Positions 46,936 to 57,060 of a stretch of 64,000 nt of DNA are shown here, one piece after another. The position numbers were made by a program, and so were the translations under genes. The notes under the pieces were generated by a model. The model was given only the letters and a program-made list of their open reading frames with translations. It ran no database searches and was not told the origin of the DNA. Origin of the DNA: an uncultured bacterium (GTDB lineage Bacteria > Fidelibacterota > Marinisomatia > Marinisomatales > JACNKV01); contig CAYLYH010000007.1 in NCBI GenBank assembly GCA_964388155.1, positions 5,679-69,678 on the forward strand, read 5' to 3'. Each line of letters starts with the position of its first letter. Position 1 is the first letter of the stretch.

Positions 46936-47241
46936 ATGAATAAAGAGACAAAAACAGCAGCCCTTCACCTAAAATATCCGCTGCTCATACACTGCAATGA
47001 ATGCGGGGAATATAAAGGCGTCATTCATTCCCGGGAGATCGAACCGGAAAAACACCGGCGCTTCTCTGATAAGAACAACCCGATCATTATCACATGCCTC
47101 TGTGAAGGCCTTAGCTGTGAGCACTGCAGAAAACTCAGCCACAAACCCATCAGCAACTACTATGATGAAGCAAAAGACAGAACGATTCATGTGCCGTATT
47201 TTGCCGGAATGGCGTGCAGACAGTGCGGTAAAAACCAGTAA
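46936..47241 (+). CDS. Cys-rich small protein (putative zinc-binding), unknown family
   Basis: Starting at the ATG at 46936, it contains CNECGEYKG, CLCEGLSCEHCRK and CRQCGK (ten Cys in about 100 aa). Confidence 0.5.
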   Translation: MNKETKTAALHLKYPLLIHCNECGEYKGVIHSREIEPEKHRRFSDKNNPIIITCLCEGLSCEHCRKLSHKPISNYYDEAKDRTIHVPYFAGMACRQCGKNQ

Positions 47242-47335
47242 ACAAGCGACACAGAACATAAAATAAGGAGATAGCGGGGGTGTTATTGTTGGCTGTTAGT
47301 GCCCTCCCCGCTGTTTAGAATGTATTATTCAGATT

Positions 47336-49300
47336 TTATTTTAGAGGTGTAATTCCGCAATCAAGTAAATACTTATATACTCCATCGTAATATTCTGAAA
47401 ATCTTGTTAGATCATTATTGTCTCCCAAAGGTACCCAAATTACCATTCCTTCTCTTGCCCTTGTCAAAATTACTCTGTATTTATTTTTAATAAATTGTTT
47501 TTTTGATTCTTTGTGTATTTTTTGCCATTTTGTTCCTACAAACCGATGGTAGAACCAATTTCCATTAATATTTCTAAAATCAGCTCCCCAGCAAACAAGT
47601 GACCAATCTATTTCTAATCCCTGAATTCCAAATTCAGTAATAGGAAGCTCCAAGAATGAAGATGACCTTATATCATTATTTGAATTTAGAAACCACGCTG
47701 AAACATCAATTTTCAATGTTACATCTAACCCTTCTGGCCTTAGTCTTCTTGCTCCTGAGCTAGCAACAAGACCACATCTTCTCAAACCGCGAGTTTGCGA
47801 TGTGATATGTTCTTTTGATTTTTTTAGTGAACGCGAAACATAAATTGGAAAGTCCTGTAAGTAATTATTATAAAGGTCTTTAGCTATATGTATGTCATTC
47901 TCTAAAATTGTATCAACCCAGTTTGAAACTTTTTCAGCTCTATACGATCGAATATCAATATCTAAATGTAGCTCTGGTATATTGTTGATTTCTATAGATT
48001 TTGGTGCTTCCTTTGTGAATAATTTATATTTACCAACATCAATCATGTTGGGTGATATAAAAATATTCCAGTGTGAAAAGTTTTCAGTTAAAGCCCTACC
48101 CCACTCGGACAACCCGGCTTCACCATCGTTAATTTCTTGCCCATTTCCAATTAACCCAACAAGGACTGCCCAATCATGTCTGTCTAATATTTTTAGTATT
48201 AATTCTGGTTCGGAGACATCTCTTTGGAATTTTCTGTATGACTGTTTTCTATCCCAAGCTCTTTGCGCTTCATCAAAAATGATGATTTTATCTGGCGGGC
48301 AATCTTCATTGCCATAATAAACATCAATGAACAAATGAATATTTTGAATAAATGTTTTTACTTTCCTTCTGGATTCTGCGAGTGTTGTGTCGTTATTTTC
48401 TTTGTAATCTCTAGCTAATGCTTCTTGTAATACGGTTACTAAAGGACCGTTTCCTGACAAAAATACTCCCAACTCGTTTTGATGAATCCCCTTGTTATGT
48501 ACAATGTTTAGACCACACAGTGTTTTACCTGAACCAGGAATGCCTGTAATAAAACAAACTATTTTCTTTTTGTGTTTTTGTGCTTCCTCTACCGCTTTCA
48601 ATACTGCGTCTGTTGTTTTGGTTAAGTTTTTAATTCCGGCATGAGAGCGGGATATTTCTTTTACGTTTTGTCCGGCATAAAGCACTTGGGCGGCTTCAAT
48701 TATTGTCGGAGTTGGGTTATAAAGTGAATCGTTCCATTCAATATAATTAATCTGTTCGCTTGTTTTGTAGATTGTTATTGAGTTTATAATGATTGAAATG
48801 ACATTATTGGGATTTGCTATCTGAACCTTGTTAACATGGCCCTGATAATTCCAATCGTTGTTTGGTGAAATATTCTCATTATCAAGCGTGAAAATGATTG
48901 GTACAATAAATTTATTTATTGATCCTAGGTGAAAATCTCTGATGTCTAAAGCATAATCTTCTACTTGATCAATATCTTGTTTCGTAGGCCTATAATAACG
49001 TTGTTTGTACTCTATAAGAAAAATGACTCCGCCATAAATCAACACTACATCAACTCTTTTGCCCCGACGAGGAATCGTAAATTCTAAAATTACACCAGCT
49101 TTAAGAAATTTGATTTCATGTTTAGAATATTCAGAAAACACATTTTTTAATACGATGATTTCTTCCTGCCAAACCCTTGTTTGTAGTTGAAGTTGTTGAT
49201 AAAACCCTGCTTTTTGCGCTCCAATTGTTAACAAACCCACAATTTTTTCTGTTGAATCGTTTATAAAATTTTCAACAGAATTTTTATAAAAGCTAGGCAT
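47336..49300 (-). CDS. PD-(D/E)xK nuclease-like N-terminal domain fused to DUF2075/SF1-helicase-like P-loop ATPase
   Basis: The N-terminus GKRVDVVLIYGGVIFLIEYK gives D84...E97-x-K99. Walker A is ITGIPGSGKT (aa 251-260), Walker B is IIIFDEAQRAW (about aa 340-349), and the C-terminal VILTRAREGMVIWVP resembles helicase motif VI. Confidence 0.8.
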   Translation of the reverse strand: MPSFYKNSVENFINDSTEKIVGLLTIGAQKAGFYQQLQLQTRVWQEEIIVLKNVFSEYSKHEIKFLKAGVILEFTIPRRGKRVDVVLIYGGVIFLIEYKQRYYRPTKQDIDQVEDYALDIRDFHLGSINKFIVPIIFTLDNENISPNNDWNYQGHVNKVQIANPNNVISIIINSITIYKTSEQINYIEWNDSLYNPTPTIIEAAQVLYAGQNVKEISRSHAGIKNLTKTTDAVLKAVEEAQKHKKKIVCFITGIPGSGKTLCGLNIVHNKGIHQNELGVFLSGNGPLVTVLQEALARDYKENNDTTLAESRRKVKTFIQNIHLFIDVYYGNEDCPPDKIIIFDEAQRAWDRKQSYRKFQRDVSEPELILKILDRHDWAVLVGLIGNGQEINDGEAGLSEWGRALTENFSHWNIFISPNMIDVGKYKLFTKEAPKSIEINNIPELHLDIDIRSYRAEKVSNWVDTILENDIHIAKDLYNNYLQDFPIYVSRSLKKSKEHITSQTRGLRRCGLVASSGARRLRPEGLDVTLKIDVSAWFLNSNNDIRSSSFLELPITEFGIQGLEIDWSLVCWGADFRNINGNWFYHRFVGTKWQKIHKESKKQFIKNKYRVILTRAREGMVIWVPLGDNNDLTRFSEYYDGVYKYLLDCGITPLK

Positions 49301-49317
49301 CCACTTACCTTACAGCT

Positions 49318-49512
49318 TTATAATAAGAAGAAATCAGAAAGAGGAATCTCTAGTGCCTTAACTATTTTTTCAAGAGTGTCAATAGTAGGTGATTTTTCAT
49401 CTCTTTCTAGTGCACCAATATATGTTCTATGAAGATTACATCTCTCAGCAAGTTGTTCTTGAGATAATTTTTTGTTTTTCCTTAATGTCCGGATGTTCTT
49501 GCCAATCTTCAT
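49318..49512 (-). CDS. XRE-family helix-turn-helix transcriptional regulator (64 aa)
   Basis: IRTLRKNKKLSQEQLAERCNLHRTYIGALERDEKSPTIDTLEKIVKAL is a canonical HTH_XRE. It lies 17 nt upstream of the DUF2075 gene on the same strand. Confidence 0.9.
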   Translation of the reverse strand: MKIGKNIRTLRKNKKLSQEQLAERCNLHRTYIGALERDEKSPTIDTLEKIVKALEIPLSDFFLL

Positions 49513-49652
49513 AATATGATGACTAAAAATAGCATAGTTCTATAAACCAAACTACAGCCTAAAGATAGCATTATCCCAGTTTTATGTGTTCTTAATAAAC
49601 TTTACAATTTACTCTGATTTTTTCTCTGTGAGCTCTGTGGCAAATAAAAAAA

Positions 49653-50849
49653 CTAATCTGCGTTTCGTATTTTTTTATTCAGCAGTCCGATCACACCGCA
49701 AAGCGCTGCACCGATACCTATCCAGAAAAAGACAATTCTCACATCGACGGAATTTGCGATAATCCCGACCAAAGCGGATGAAAGGGCGGTCATCCCCACC
49801 ACGGCGATATGCACCATTGAGAACAGCCGTCCGTGCACGGCATTCGGAGTGTGCCGCTGAATGATGGCTGTCCGTGACACCGTGATCATCGGTATCCCGA
49901 TGGCATGAATAGTGATAAAAACCATTACAAACAGTACTGAATCAGCCAGATAAAAGATCGAATACGTTACGCCGTCCAGGATCATCCCGATCAGCAGCAA
50001 CCGTCCCGGGTTGATCTTTCCGCACAAACGATAGACAAAGAACGACCCTATCAGCATTCCCAGCGCCAGACAGGCTTCCACAAAAGCAAAGTCGGAAGCG
50101 GACCCGCTCAGCACCTCTTTAACCAGGATGGGCGTTCCGACAATAGCCGGCCCCATGATAAATAGATTGTTGATTACGGTCAGTCCGATAAAATAACCGA
50201 TAAATGGATGTTCCACCAGATACCGAATTCCTTCTGTCAGATCTTTTACGGAGCTGTGGTCGGTCGGTTTTGGTTTTTGCTCCGGATGCCGAACCAGTAG
50301 CAACAGAACCGTGGCTAAGACAAAAGAAAGCCCATCAAGAATAAAAAGTGCTTTCAGGGAGATAAATCCCAGCAAAATTCCGGCTAATGCGGGACCGATT
50401 AACCAAGCGAACTGCTGGGATGTTGCCATCACGGAATTGATACGCACCAGTGAATCACGGTTGGTGATCGTCGGAATAAAGGCGTTCAACGCTGGCGGGA
50501 AGAGCGTACCGAAAGCCGCTCGGACGAACGCCAGTATCCCGATCATTAGGGTAGCTTCATGCCCAAGGTAAAGCATAATCGGAATAATAATGACCGTAAA
50601 CGCCTGCGCCAGATTTGAGAAGATCATCAGTCCGATACGGTGAAGCCGATCGGAGAGGACACCGGCATAGAGGCTGAACAGCATCGCCGGCAGATAGGTG
50701 CCCATGGCGACCAGCCCCGTCACTGCGGGAGAGCCGGTAATGTCCAGGATCAGCCAGATGAGTGCCAGGTGGTAAATAGCATCCCCGGCGGTGGAAATCA
50801 TCTGCGCGGACCATAGCAGCGGGATATTCTTATCTTTGGACTGAAACAT
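49653..50849 (-). CDS. MFS transporter (EntS/MFS_3-like)
   Basis: 398 aa with 12 transmembrane spans. Contains GVLSDRLHR in loop 2-3. Confidence 0.85.
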   Translation of the reverse strand: MFQSKDKNIPLLWSAQMISTAGDAIYHLALIWLILDITGSPAVTGLVAMGTYLPAMLFSLYAGVLSDRLHRIGLMIFSNLAQAFTVIIIPIMLYLGHEATLMIGILAFVRAAFGTLFPPALNAFIPTITNRDSLVRINSVMATSQQFAWLIGPALAGILLGFISLKALFILDGLSFVLATVLLLLVRHPEQKPKPTDHSSVKDLTEGIRYLVEHPFIGYFIGLTVINNLFIMGPAIVGTPILVKEVLSGSASDFAFVEACLALGMLIGSFFVYRLCGKINPGRLLLIGMILDGVTYSIFYLADSVLFVMVFITIHAIGIPMITVSRTAIIQRHTPNAVHGRLFSMVHIAVVGMTALSSALVGIIANSVDVRIVFFWIGIGAALCGVIGLLNKKIRNAD

Positions 50850-50940
50850 GACCGGTGAAAATACGCAAAATATTTTATTAGAAAAGATAGATGAGTTTTG
50901 AAGTAAATTTTATGAGATTAATTACGGAATCAAACACATT

Positions 50941-51408
50941 ATGACCAAAACAGTTACCGGCGTCATCGATAGTTACGTCTTTAGACGAACAGTTGACGGA
51001 CTTCGCTTTTTAATGCTGAAGCGAGCAAAAACAAAGATGTATGAACACCTTTGGCAGGGCGTTGCCGGTAAGATTGAACCGGGTGAAACTGCTTGGCAAA
51101 CTGCTGTCAGAGAATTAAAAGAAGAAACAGGACTCACGTCCAAACGGATGTTCACTGCCGATTATGTCAGCCGGTTTTATGAAGCGCACAAAGATCGGAT
51201 CAACCTTGTACCGGTTTTCGGGATTGAAGTCGATGATGAAAATATTACATTATCAGAAGAACATTGTGAATTTCGCTGGATTACCGCCGCAGAAGCAGAA
51301 TCTTTACTCGTATGGAGAGGACAAAAAGAGGGCTTACGGACAGTTAATGAAATGGTATTAAAAAACGATGACCGAATGCGGTGGTCAGAAATAAAAACGG
51401 AGGAATAA
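50941..51408 (+). CDS. NUDIX hydrolase
   Basis: The Nudix box GKIEPGETAWQTAVRELKEETGL is present. Confidence 0.88.
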   Translation: MTKTVTGVIDSYVFRRTVDGLRFLMLKRAKTKMYEHLWQGVAGKIEPGETAWQTAVRELKEETGLTSKRMFTADYVSRFYEAHKDRINLVPVFGIEVDDENITLSEEHCEFRWITAAEAESLLVWRGQKEGLRTVNEMVLKNDDRMRWSEIKTEE

Positions 51409-51411
51409 ATT

Positions 51412-51867
51412 ATGTTAGAAATCGGCACACAGGCACCGGCGTTCAGTCTGCCGGATGCAAACGAAAATACGGTATCACTACAAGATTATAAGGGACAAAA
51501 ATTCGTTCTGTGGTTTTTCCCAAAAGCCAGCACCCCCGGATGAACATCCGAAGGAAAGGGATTCCGGGATGAATACCAATCATTTGAGAAAAAGAATATC
51601 GCGATTATCGGGATGAGCGCTGACACGCCAAAACGTCAAAAGAAATTTGCGGAAAAACACGGGTTCCCGTTTCCGCTTCTTTGTGATGAATCCAAAGAAG
51701 TGCTAAAAGCCTACCACGCTTGGGGACCAAAAAAATTCTACGGACGGGAATACGAAGGTATTTATCGAATTACGTATATCATCGATGAAAAGGGTGTGAT
51801 TGAAAAAGCCTATCCGAAAGTGAAAACAAAAACCCACGCCACGGACATTCTCAGCGACTTGGGTTAG
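51412..51867 (+). CDS. bcp: thioredoxin-dependent peroxiredoxin Bcp/PrxQ with in-frame UGA (putative selenocysteine U44) at the peroxidatic position
   Basis: The ATG at 51412 opens MLEIGTQAPAFSLPDANENTVSLQDYKGQKFVLWFFPKASTPG-TGA-TSEGKGFRDEY.... This continues in frame into the track ORF 51613-51867. It aligns by eye to E. coli Bcp (...YFYPKAMTPGCTVQACGLRD...), with the TGA at 51541-51543 exactly on the catalytic Cys. Confidence 0.8.
51545..51571 (+). promoter_or_regulatory. candidate bacterial SECIS hairpin
   Basis: Starting 2 nt after the UGA, CATCC-gaa-GGAA-aggga-TTCC-g-GGATG forms 5-bp and 4-bp stems with a G-rich apical loop. Confidence 0.45.
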
Positions 51868-51919
51868 TCAGTTGGCACCGGCTTTATTACTACAAAACTC
51901 CATTTATCCAATACTCCAA

Positions 51920-52855
51920 TCAAACCATCACCCCTTTTTCTGTGAACGCCGATTCATTCTGTGTTTCATCCAGATATCCCATCATAACAGAATGCCCGGT
52001 AACAGTAAAGGCTTTATCCGTGTTTTCGATTTTCGTCATGTGATTTGGTTCTTCACCAATCGTTAAAACTGCCGTGTTCTCCGGCCGAATGAAAACCGGA
52101 GCGGGATATCCGTCTTTTATTTCACTCCAATCAAAATATAATTCGTAATCAGGATTTGGAAATTGATCCGGTAAGCCGATTTTCATATCAGGATTCTCCG
52201 TCGTCAGAACAGCGCCGGTGTAGAACGGCAGAACAACCTGAAACACCGCCCACGCAGTAGACATCGGCGGCAGATCAATGTGAAACGATTTTGTTTCATT
52301 CAGCCCGGAAGATAAATAAAATCCGTTCGCATTCACCAATAAATTATAATGGCTGAGTTTTATTCCACGTTTCTTGCTCCAAAAGACCATCGCTTCATCC
52401 GGTAGCAAACGGTTAATTTTGTGAACGTATTCCGTTGGGTACTCCAGTAGGCATTCGGGATAATCCCACTCATTGCCATCCAAAATGAAATCTGGTTTAA
52501 CACCGCCAATCGCAGAGGTGATTTTTTCGTCTGTGATGACTAAAGAGGCTCCGACAGACCAAATCCCAAATGACATCAACTCAGCATACGGGAAGTCAAA
52601 TCCATAAATGAGCACCCGATGTTCATGCGTTAGTCCAAGTGATTCCAGCCAGTTCGCGGTTTGATTGACCAAATCTAAGATATGCTTGTTGGTCAAGTCG
52701 ACATCTTTGTACGCAAAATGATTAGCATATTTGACATTCTGCCCGGTAATCAGCCCCCGCAAATTAGGATACGGAACCATATACTCAATCGGCTCAACAT
52801 TCCCATAGCATTGAGCATTGTAGATTAATTTTGAAGTACTTGTGTCGGTTTTCAC
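51920..52855 (-). CDS. ANL (acyl/aryl-CoA synthetase)-superfamily-like protein, truncated and with degenerate P-loop
   Basis: AMVFWSKKRGIKLSHYNLL occupies the position of the ..YTSGTTGxPKGVxxSHxNL motif. FTVTGHSVMMGYLDETQNESAFTEKG corresponds to the GE..vrG..vm.GY....T...f motif. The ORF stops just before the expected GW.hTGD motif, and the C-terminal subdomain is absent. Confidence 0.5.
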   Translation of the reverse strand: MKTDTSTSKLIYNAQCYGNVEPIEYMVPYPNLRGLITGQNVKYANHFAYKDVDLTNKHILDLVNQTANWLESLGLTHEHRVLIYGFDFPYAELMSFGIWSVGASLVITDEKITSAIGGVKPDFILDGNEWDYPECLLEYPTEYVHKINRLLPDEAMVFWSKKRGIKLSHYNLLVNANGFYLSSGLNETKSFHIDLPPMSTAWAVFQVVLPFYTGAVLTTENPDMKIGLPDQFPNPDYELYFDWSEIKDGYPAPVFIRPENTAVLTIGEEPNHMTKIENTDKAFTVTGHSVMMGYLDETQNESAFTEKGVMV

Positions 52856-52876
52856 GAATTTGTCATTCCTGAATTA

Positions 52877-54289
<1,413 letters not shown>

Positions 54290-54398
54290 CTATAAAACAT
54301 CGGCGGACAGGCAGATTTCTCAGATTGCACAGATTGCACAGATATATTTATTGTGATTTCAATTAAGTCCGTGATGTTTGTAATGTTTTCTACAATAA

Positions 54399-55817
54399 TC
54401 AATAATCAATGTTAAAGATTACTACTTTCGGTTCGGTCATTTCTTGCAGGGCAAATTTAATTCCTTCACGCCCAATTCCGCTGTTTTTTACACCGCCAAA
54501 CGGCATTTGGTCCAACCGGTAATCGGTTGAATCGTTTATAATCACACTTCCAACTTCCAACTCATCAATGGCTTTATGTGCCTGGTTTATATCCTTGGTA
54601 AAGATGGCACCGTGCAAGCCGTAGTTCACACTGTTTGCTATTTCAATCGCTTCGTCAAGCGTAGTTATCTTTTTCAATAAAACCACCGGTCCAAATACTT
54701 CTTCGTATGTCAAAATTGCATCGTCAGATACATTCGTCAGCACTGTCGGCTCCAGCCGCGAACCATCTCTGTTTCCGCCGCATTCAAGCGTTGCCCCTAT
54801 ATCTGTGGCGTCTTTTACCCATTTTTCAACACGTTTTGCCTCATCAATGGTAATCATAGGTCCGATATCTGTGGACTCATCAAGCTGCCGGCCAACTTTG
54901 AGGATCTTGGTTTTTTCAACGAATATTTTAGTGAATGTATCGAATACATCACTTTGAATCAAAATCCGTTGCACGCCGATGCAATTTTGTCCGACTGCCC
55001 AAAATGCACCGGACACACAGGATTCAACCGCCCAATTAATATTGGCATCGTCCATCACGATGACCGGCGAATTGCTGCCAAGTTCCATTCCGATTTTTTT
55101 TAGGCCGACTTTGCTCATTACGTTTTCGCCTGCATCGACACCGCCGGTAAAACTCACCATTCTGACACGGGGATCAGTCACAAGAGCATCAGCGTTTTCG
55201 GAGGCATAACCTGTAACCACATTCAAGACATGCGCCGGAAGTCCAGCTTCCATAAAAGCTTCGGCAAGTTTCAGTGCCGAAAGCGGTGTAACAGTTGCCG
55301 GTTTAAGCACAATGCTGTTTCCGCCCGCAATGGCAGGGCCTAATTTATGTGCAACTAAATTCAGCGGATCGTTAAATGGTGTGATTGCACCGATAATCCC
55401 AATTGGAACACGCTTGTAATAGCCGGTTTTGTTTTCTGCCCCTGCGACGGAATCAAACGGGAGTGTTTCCCCTAAAATCCGACGTGATTCTTCCGCAGAC
55501 ACCATTAACGTATTCACGCATCGTGATGCTTCACCGCGTGCCTCTTTGATGGTTTTTGAACCTTCACTCGCAATTGTACGTGCAAATTCCTCTTGATTAT
55601 TTTTGACAATCTCAGCAGTTTTATATAAAATATCCATCCGTTGGTGAACAGGCATCTTCCGGGCAATTTTAGCACCAATTTCGGCACTGTCGATTGCTTT
55701 TTTCATATCGTCCACTGTTCCGCGCGGAACAGTATCTACGACCGTTTGGTCATAAGGGTTTTCTATGTTTATCGTTTCATTTTTGGTGATCCATTCACCG
55801 GCAAGTAACATCTTCAT
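54399..55817 (-). CDS. NAD(P)-dependent aldehyde dehydrogenase
   Basis: 472 aa containing GAITPFNDPLNL, MELGSNSP, the catalytic GQNCIGVQR and EEVFGPV. Confidence 0.92.
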   Translation of the reverse strand: MKMLLAGEWITKNETINIENPYDQTVVDTVPRGTVDDMKKAIDSAEIGAKIARKMPVHQRMDILYKTAEIVKNNQEEFARTIASEGSKTIKEARGEASRCVNTLMVSAEESRRILGETLPFDSVAGAENKTGYYKRVPIGIIGAITPFNDPLNLVAHKLGPAIAGGNSIVLKPATVTPLSALKLAEAFMEAGLPAHVLNVVTGYASENADALVTDPRVRMVSFTGGVDAGENVMSKVGLKKIGMELGSNSPVIVMDDANINWAVESCVSGAFWAVGQNCIGVQRILIQSDVFDTFTKIFVEKTKILKVGRQLDESTDIGPMITIDEAKRVEKWVKDATDIGATLECGGNRDGSRLEPTVLTNVSDDAILTYEEVFGPVVLLKKITTLDEAIEIANSVNYGLHGAIFTKDINQAHKAIDELEVGSVIINDSTDYRLDQMPFGGVKNSGIGREGIKFALQEMTEPKVVIFNIDY

Positions 55818-55826
55818 TATTTCCTC

Positions 55827-57023
55827 CTAACTAACCACAGATTTCACGCTTTTCAATGCTTTTTCAAGGTCTTCGATCAAATCTTCAACATCTTCGCATC
55901 CGACGGAGAGACGAACCAGTCCATTGGTAATACCGGACTTTATTCGGCACTCTTTACTCATTCCAGCATGTGTCATGGAAGCAGGGTGTTGGATAAGGGT
56001 TTCATATCCGCCCAGAGATACCGCCAATGTCGCGACAGTTACATTGTCCATGAGTTTTTTACCGGCACCCAGTCCGCCTTTGACTTCAAAACTCATCATC
56101 GAACCGGAACCGCTCATCTGTTGTTTTGCCAAATCGTGTTGGGGGTGGGATGTTAATCCCGGGTACCGCACCCATTCAATGTTTGGATGGTTCTCTAAAA
56201 ATTTGGCAATTTGAATAGCATTTTGCTGTGCTTTTTCAACACGCAAAGAAATCGTACGCAATCCGCGGAGAACCAGCCATGCCTGATGCGGATCCATGGT
56301 TCCGCCCATTGAAAGCAATACTTTCTTCGTTTTTTGCAGTAAAGTGTTTTCCTTAAAAACTAAAATTCCTCCGACGACATCCGTATGTCCGTTGATGAAT
56401 TTTGTCATACTGTGCATCACAATATCTGCTCCTAATGCCAGCGGATTTTGCAGCATTGGGCTCATAAATGTATTATCCACAGCTAGGGAAATATTGTGTT
56501 CATGTGCAAGGTCGGCACAGGCCTGGATATCGGTAATATTGATGGTCGGGTTCGCCGGGGTTTCGATAAAAATTAACGCAGTCTCAGGGCAGATTGCTCT
56601 CCGGATATTTTCAATCTTGGTTGTATCCACGAAATCATATTTCACGCCAAATCGTGAAAATTCTTTTTCAACAACACCACGTGTCGGACCGTACATCGCA
56701 TCCGTGCCGATAATATGTTTTCCCGAGCCGAGTAGCGCCATAAATAACGTGGAACTTGCCGCCATCCCGGAGGCGGTTGCTAACGCGCCAATTCCGCCTT
56801 CCAATGATGCAACTGCATCTTGCAATGCATCTGTGGTCGGATTTCCGATTCGCGTGTAAATGTAGCCGTCTTCTTTGCCGGAAAACCGTGCACCGCCCTG
56901 ATCCGCGGATTCAAACGCAAATGTGGATGTTTGATAAATAGGCGGGGACACACTGCCAAGGGGGTCTTTTATATGTCCCGCATGGGTGACAACTGTATCA
57001 CGTTTTATATTTTTTAAACTCAT
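55827..57023 (-). CDS. Cys/Met-metabolism PLP enzyme (methionine gamma-lyase / cystathionine gamma-synthase family)
   Basis: Contains YTRIGNPTTDALQDAVASLEGG, DNTFMSP and the PLP-Lys region HSMTKFINGHTDVVGG. Confidence 0.9.
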   Translation of the reverse strand: MSLKNIKRDTVVTHAGHIKDPLGSVSPPIYQTSTFAFESADQGGARFSGKEDGYIYTRIGNPTTDALQDAVASLEGGIGALATASGMAASSTLFMALLGSGKHIIGTDAMYGPTRGVVEKEFSRFGVKYDFVDTTKIENIRRAICPETALIFIETPANPTINITDIQACADLAHEHNISLAVDNTFMSPMLQNPLALGADIVMHSMTKFINGHTDVVGGILVFKENTLLQKTKKVLLSMGGTMDPHQAWLVLRGLRTISLRVEKAQQNAIQIAKFLENHPNIEWVRYPGLTSHPQHDLAKQQMSGSGSMMSFEVKGGLGAGKKLMDNVTVATLAVSLGGYETLIQHPASMTHAGMSKECRIKSGITNGLVRLSVGCEDVEDLIEDLEKALKSVKSVVS

Positions 57024-57060
57024 AACTTCCTCTCTTTTTTAGCCACAGATTAAATCGTGG

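Noticed and set aside
44800-49652. Prophage or integrative element interpretation of the island
   Set aside because: There is no integrase, recombinase, phage structural gene, flanking tRNA or long direct repeat. Only compositional skew and repeat clusters mark it.
51541-51543. Reading the TGA in bcp as a simple nonsense mutation (pseudogene)
   Set aside because: The stop falls exactly on the catalytic Cys codon. Both halves are otherwise intact and in the same frame, and a hairpin follows immediately. A random inactivating mutation would rarely satisfy all three conditions. It remains the main alternative until Sec machinery is confirmed.
54321-54345. Short tandem CAGATTGCA repeat as a possible CRISPR or VNTR
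   Set aside because: It has only about 2.5 units of 9 nt, no spacers and no cas genes. It fits the CACAGA-type intergenic repeat family better.
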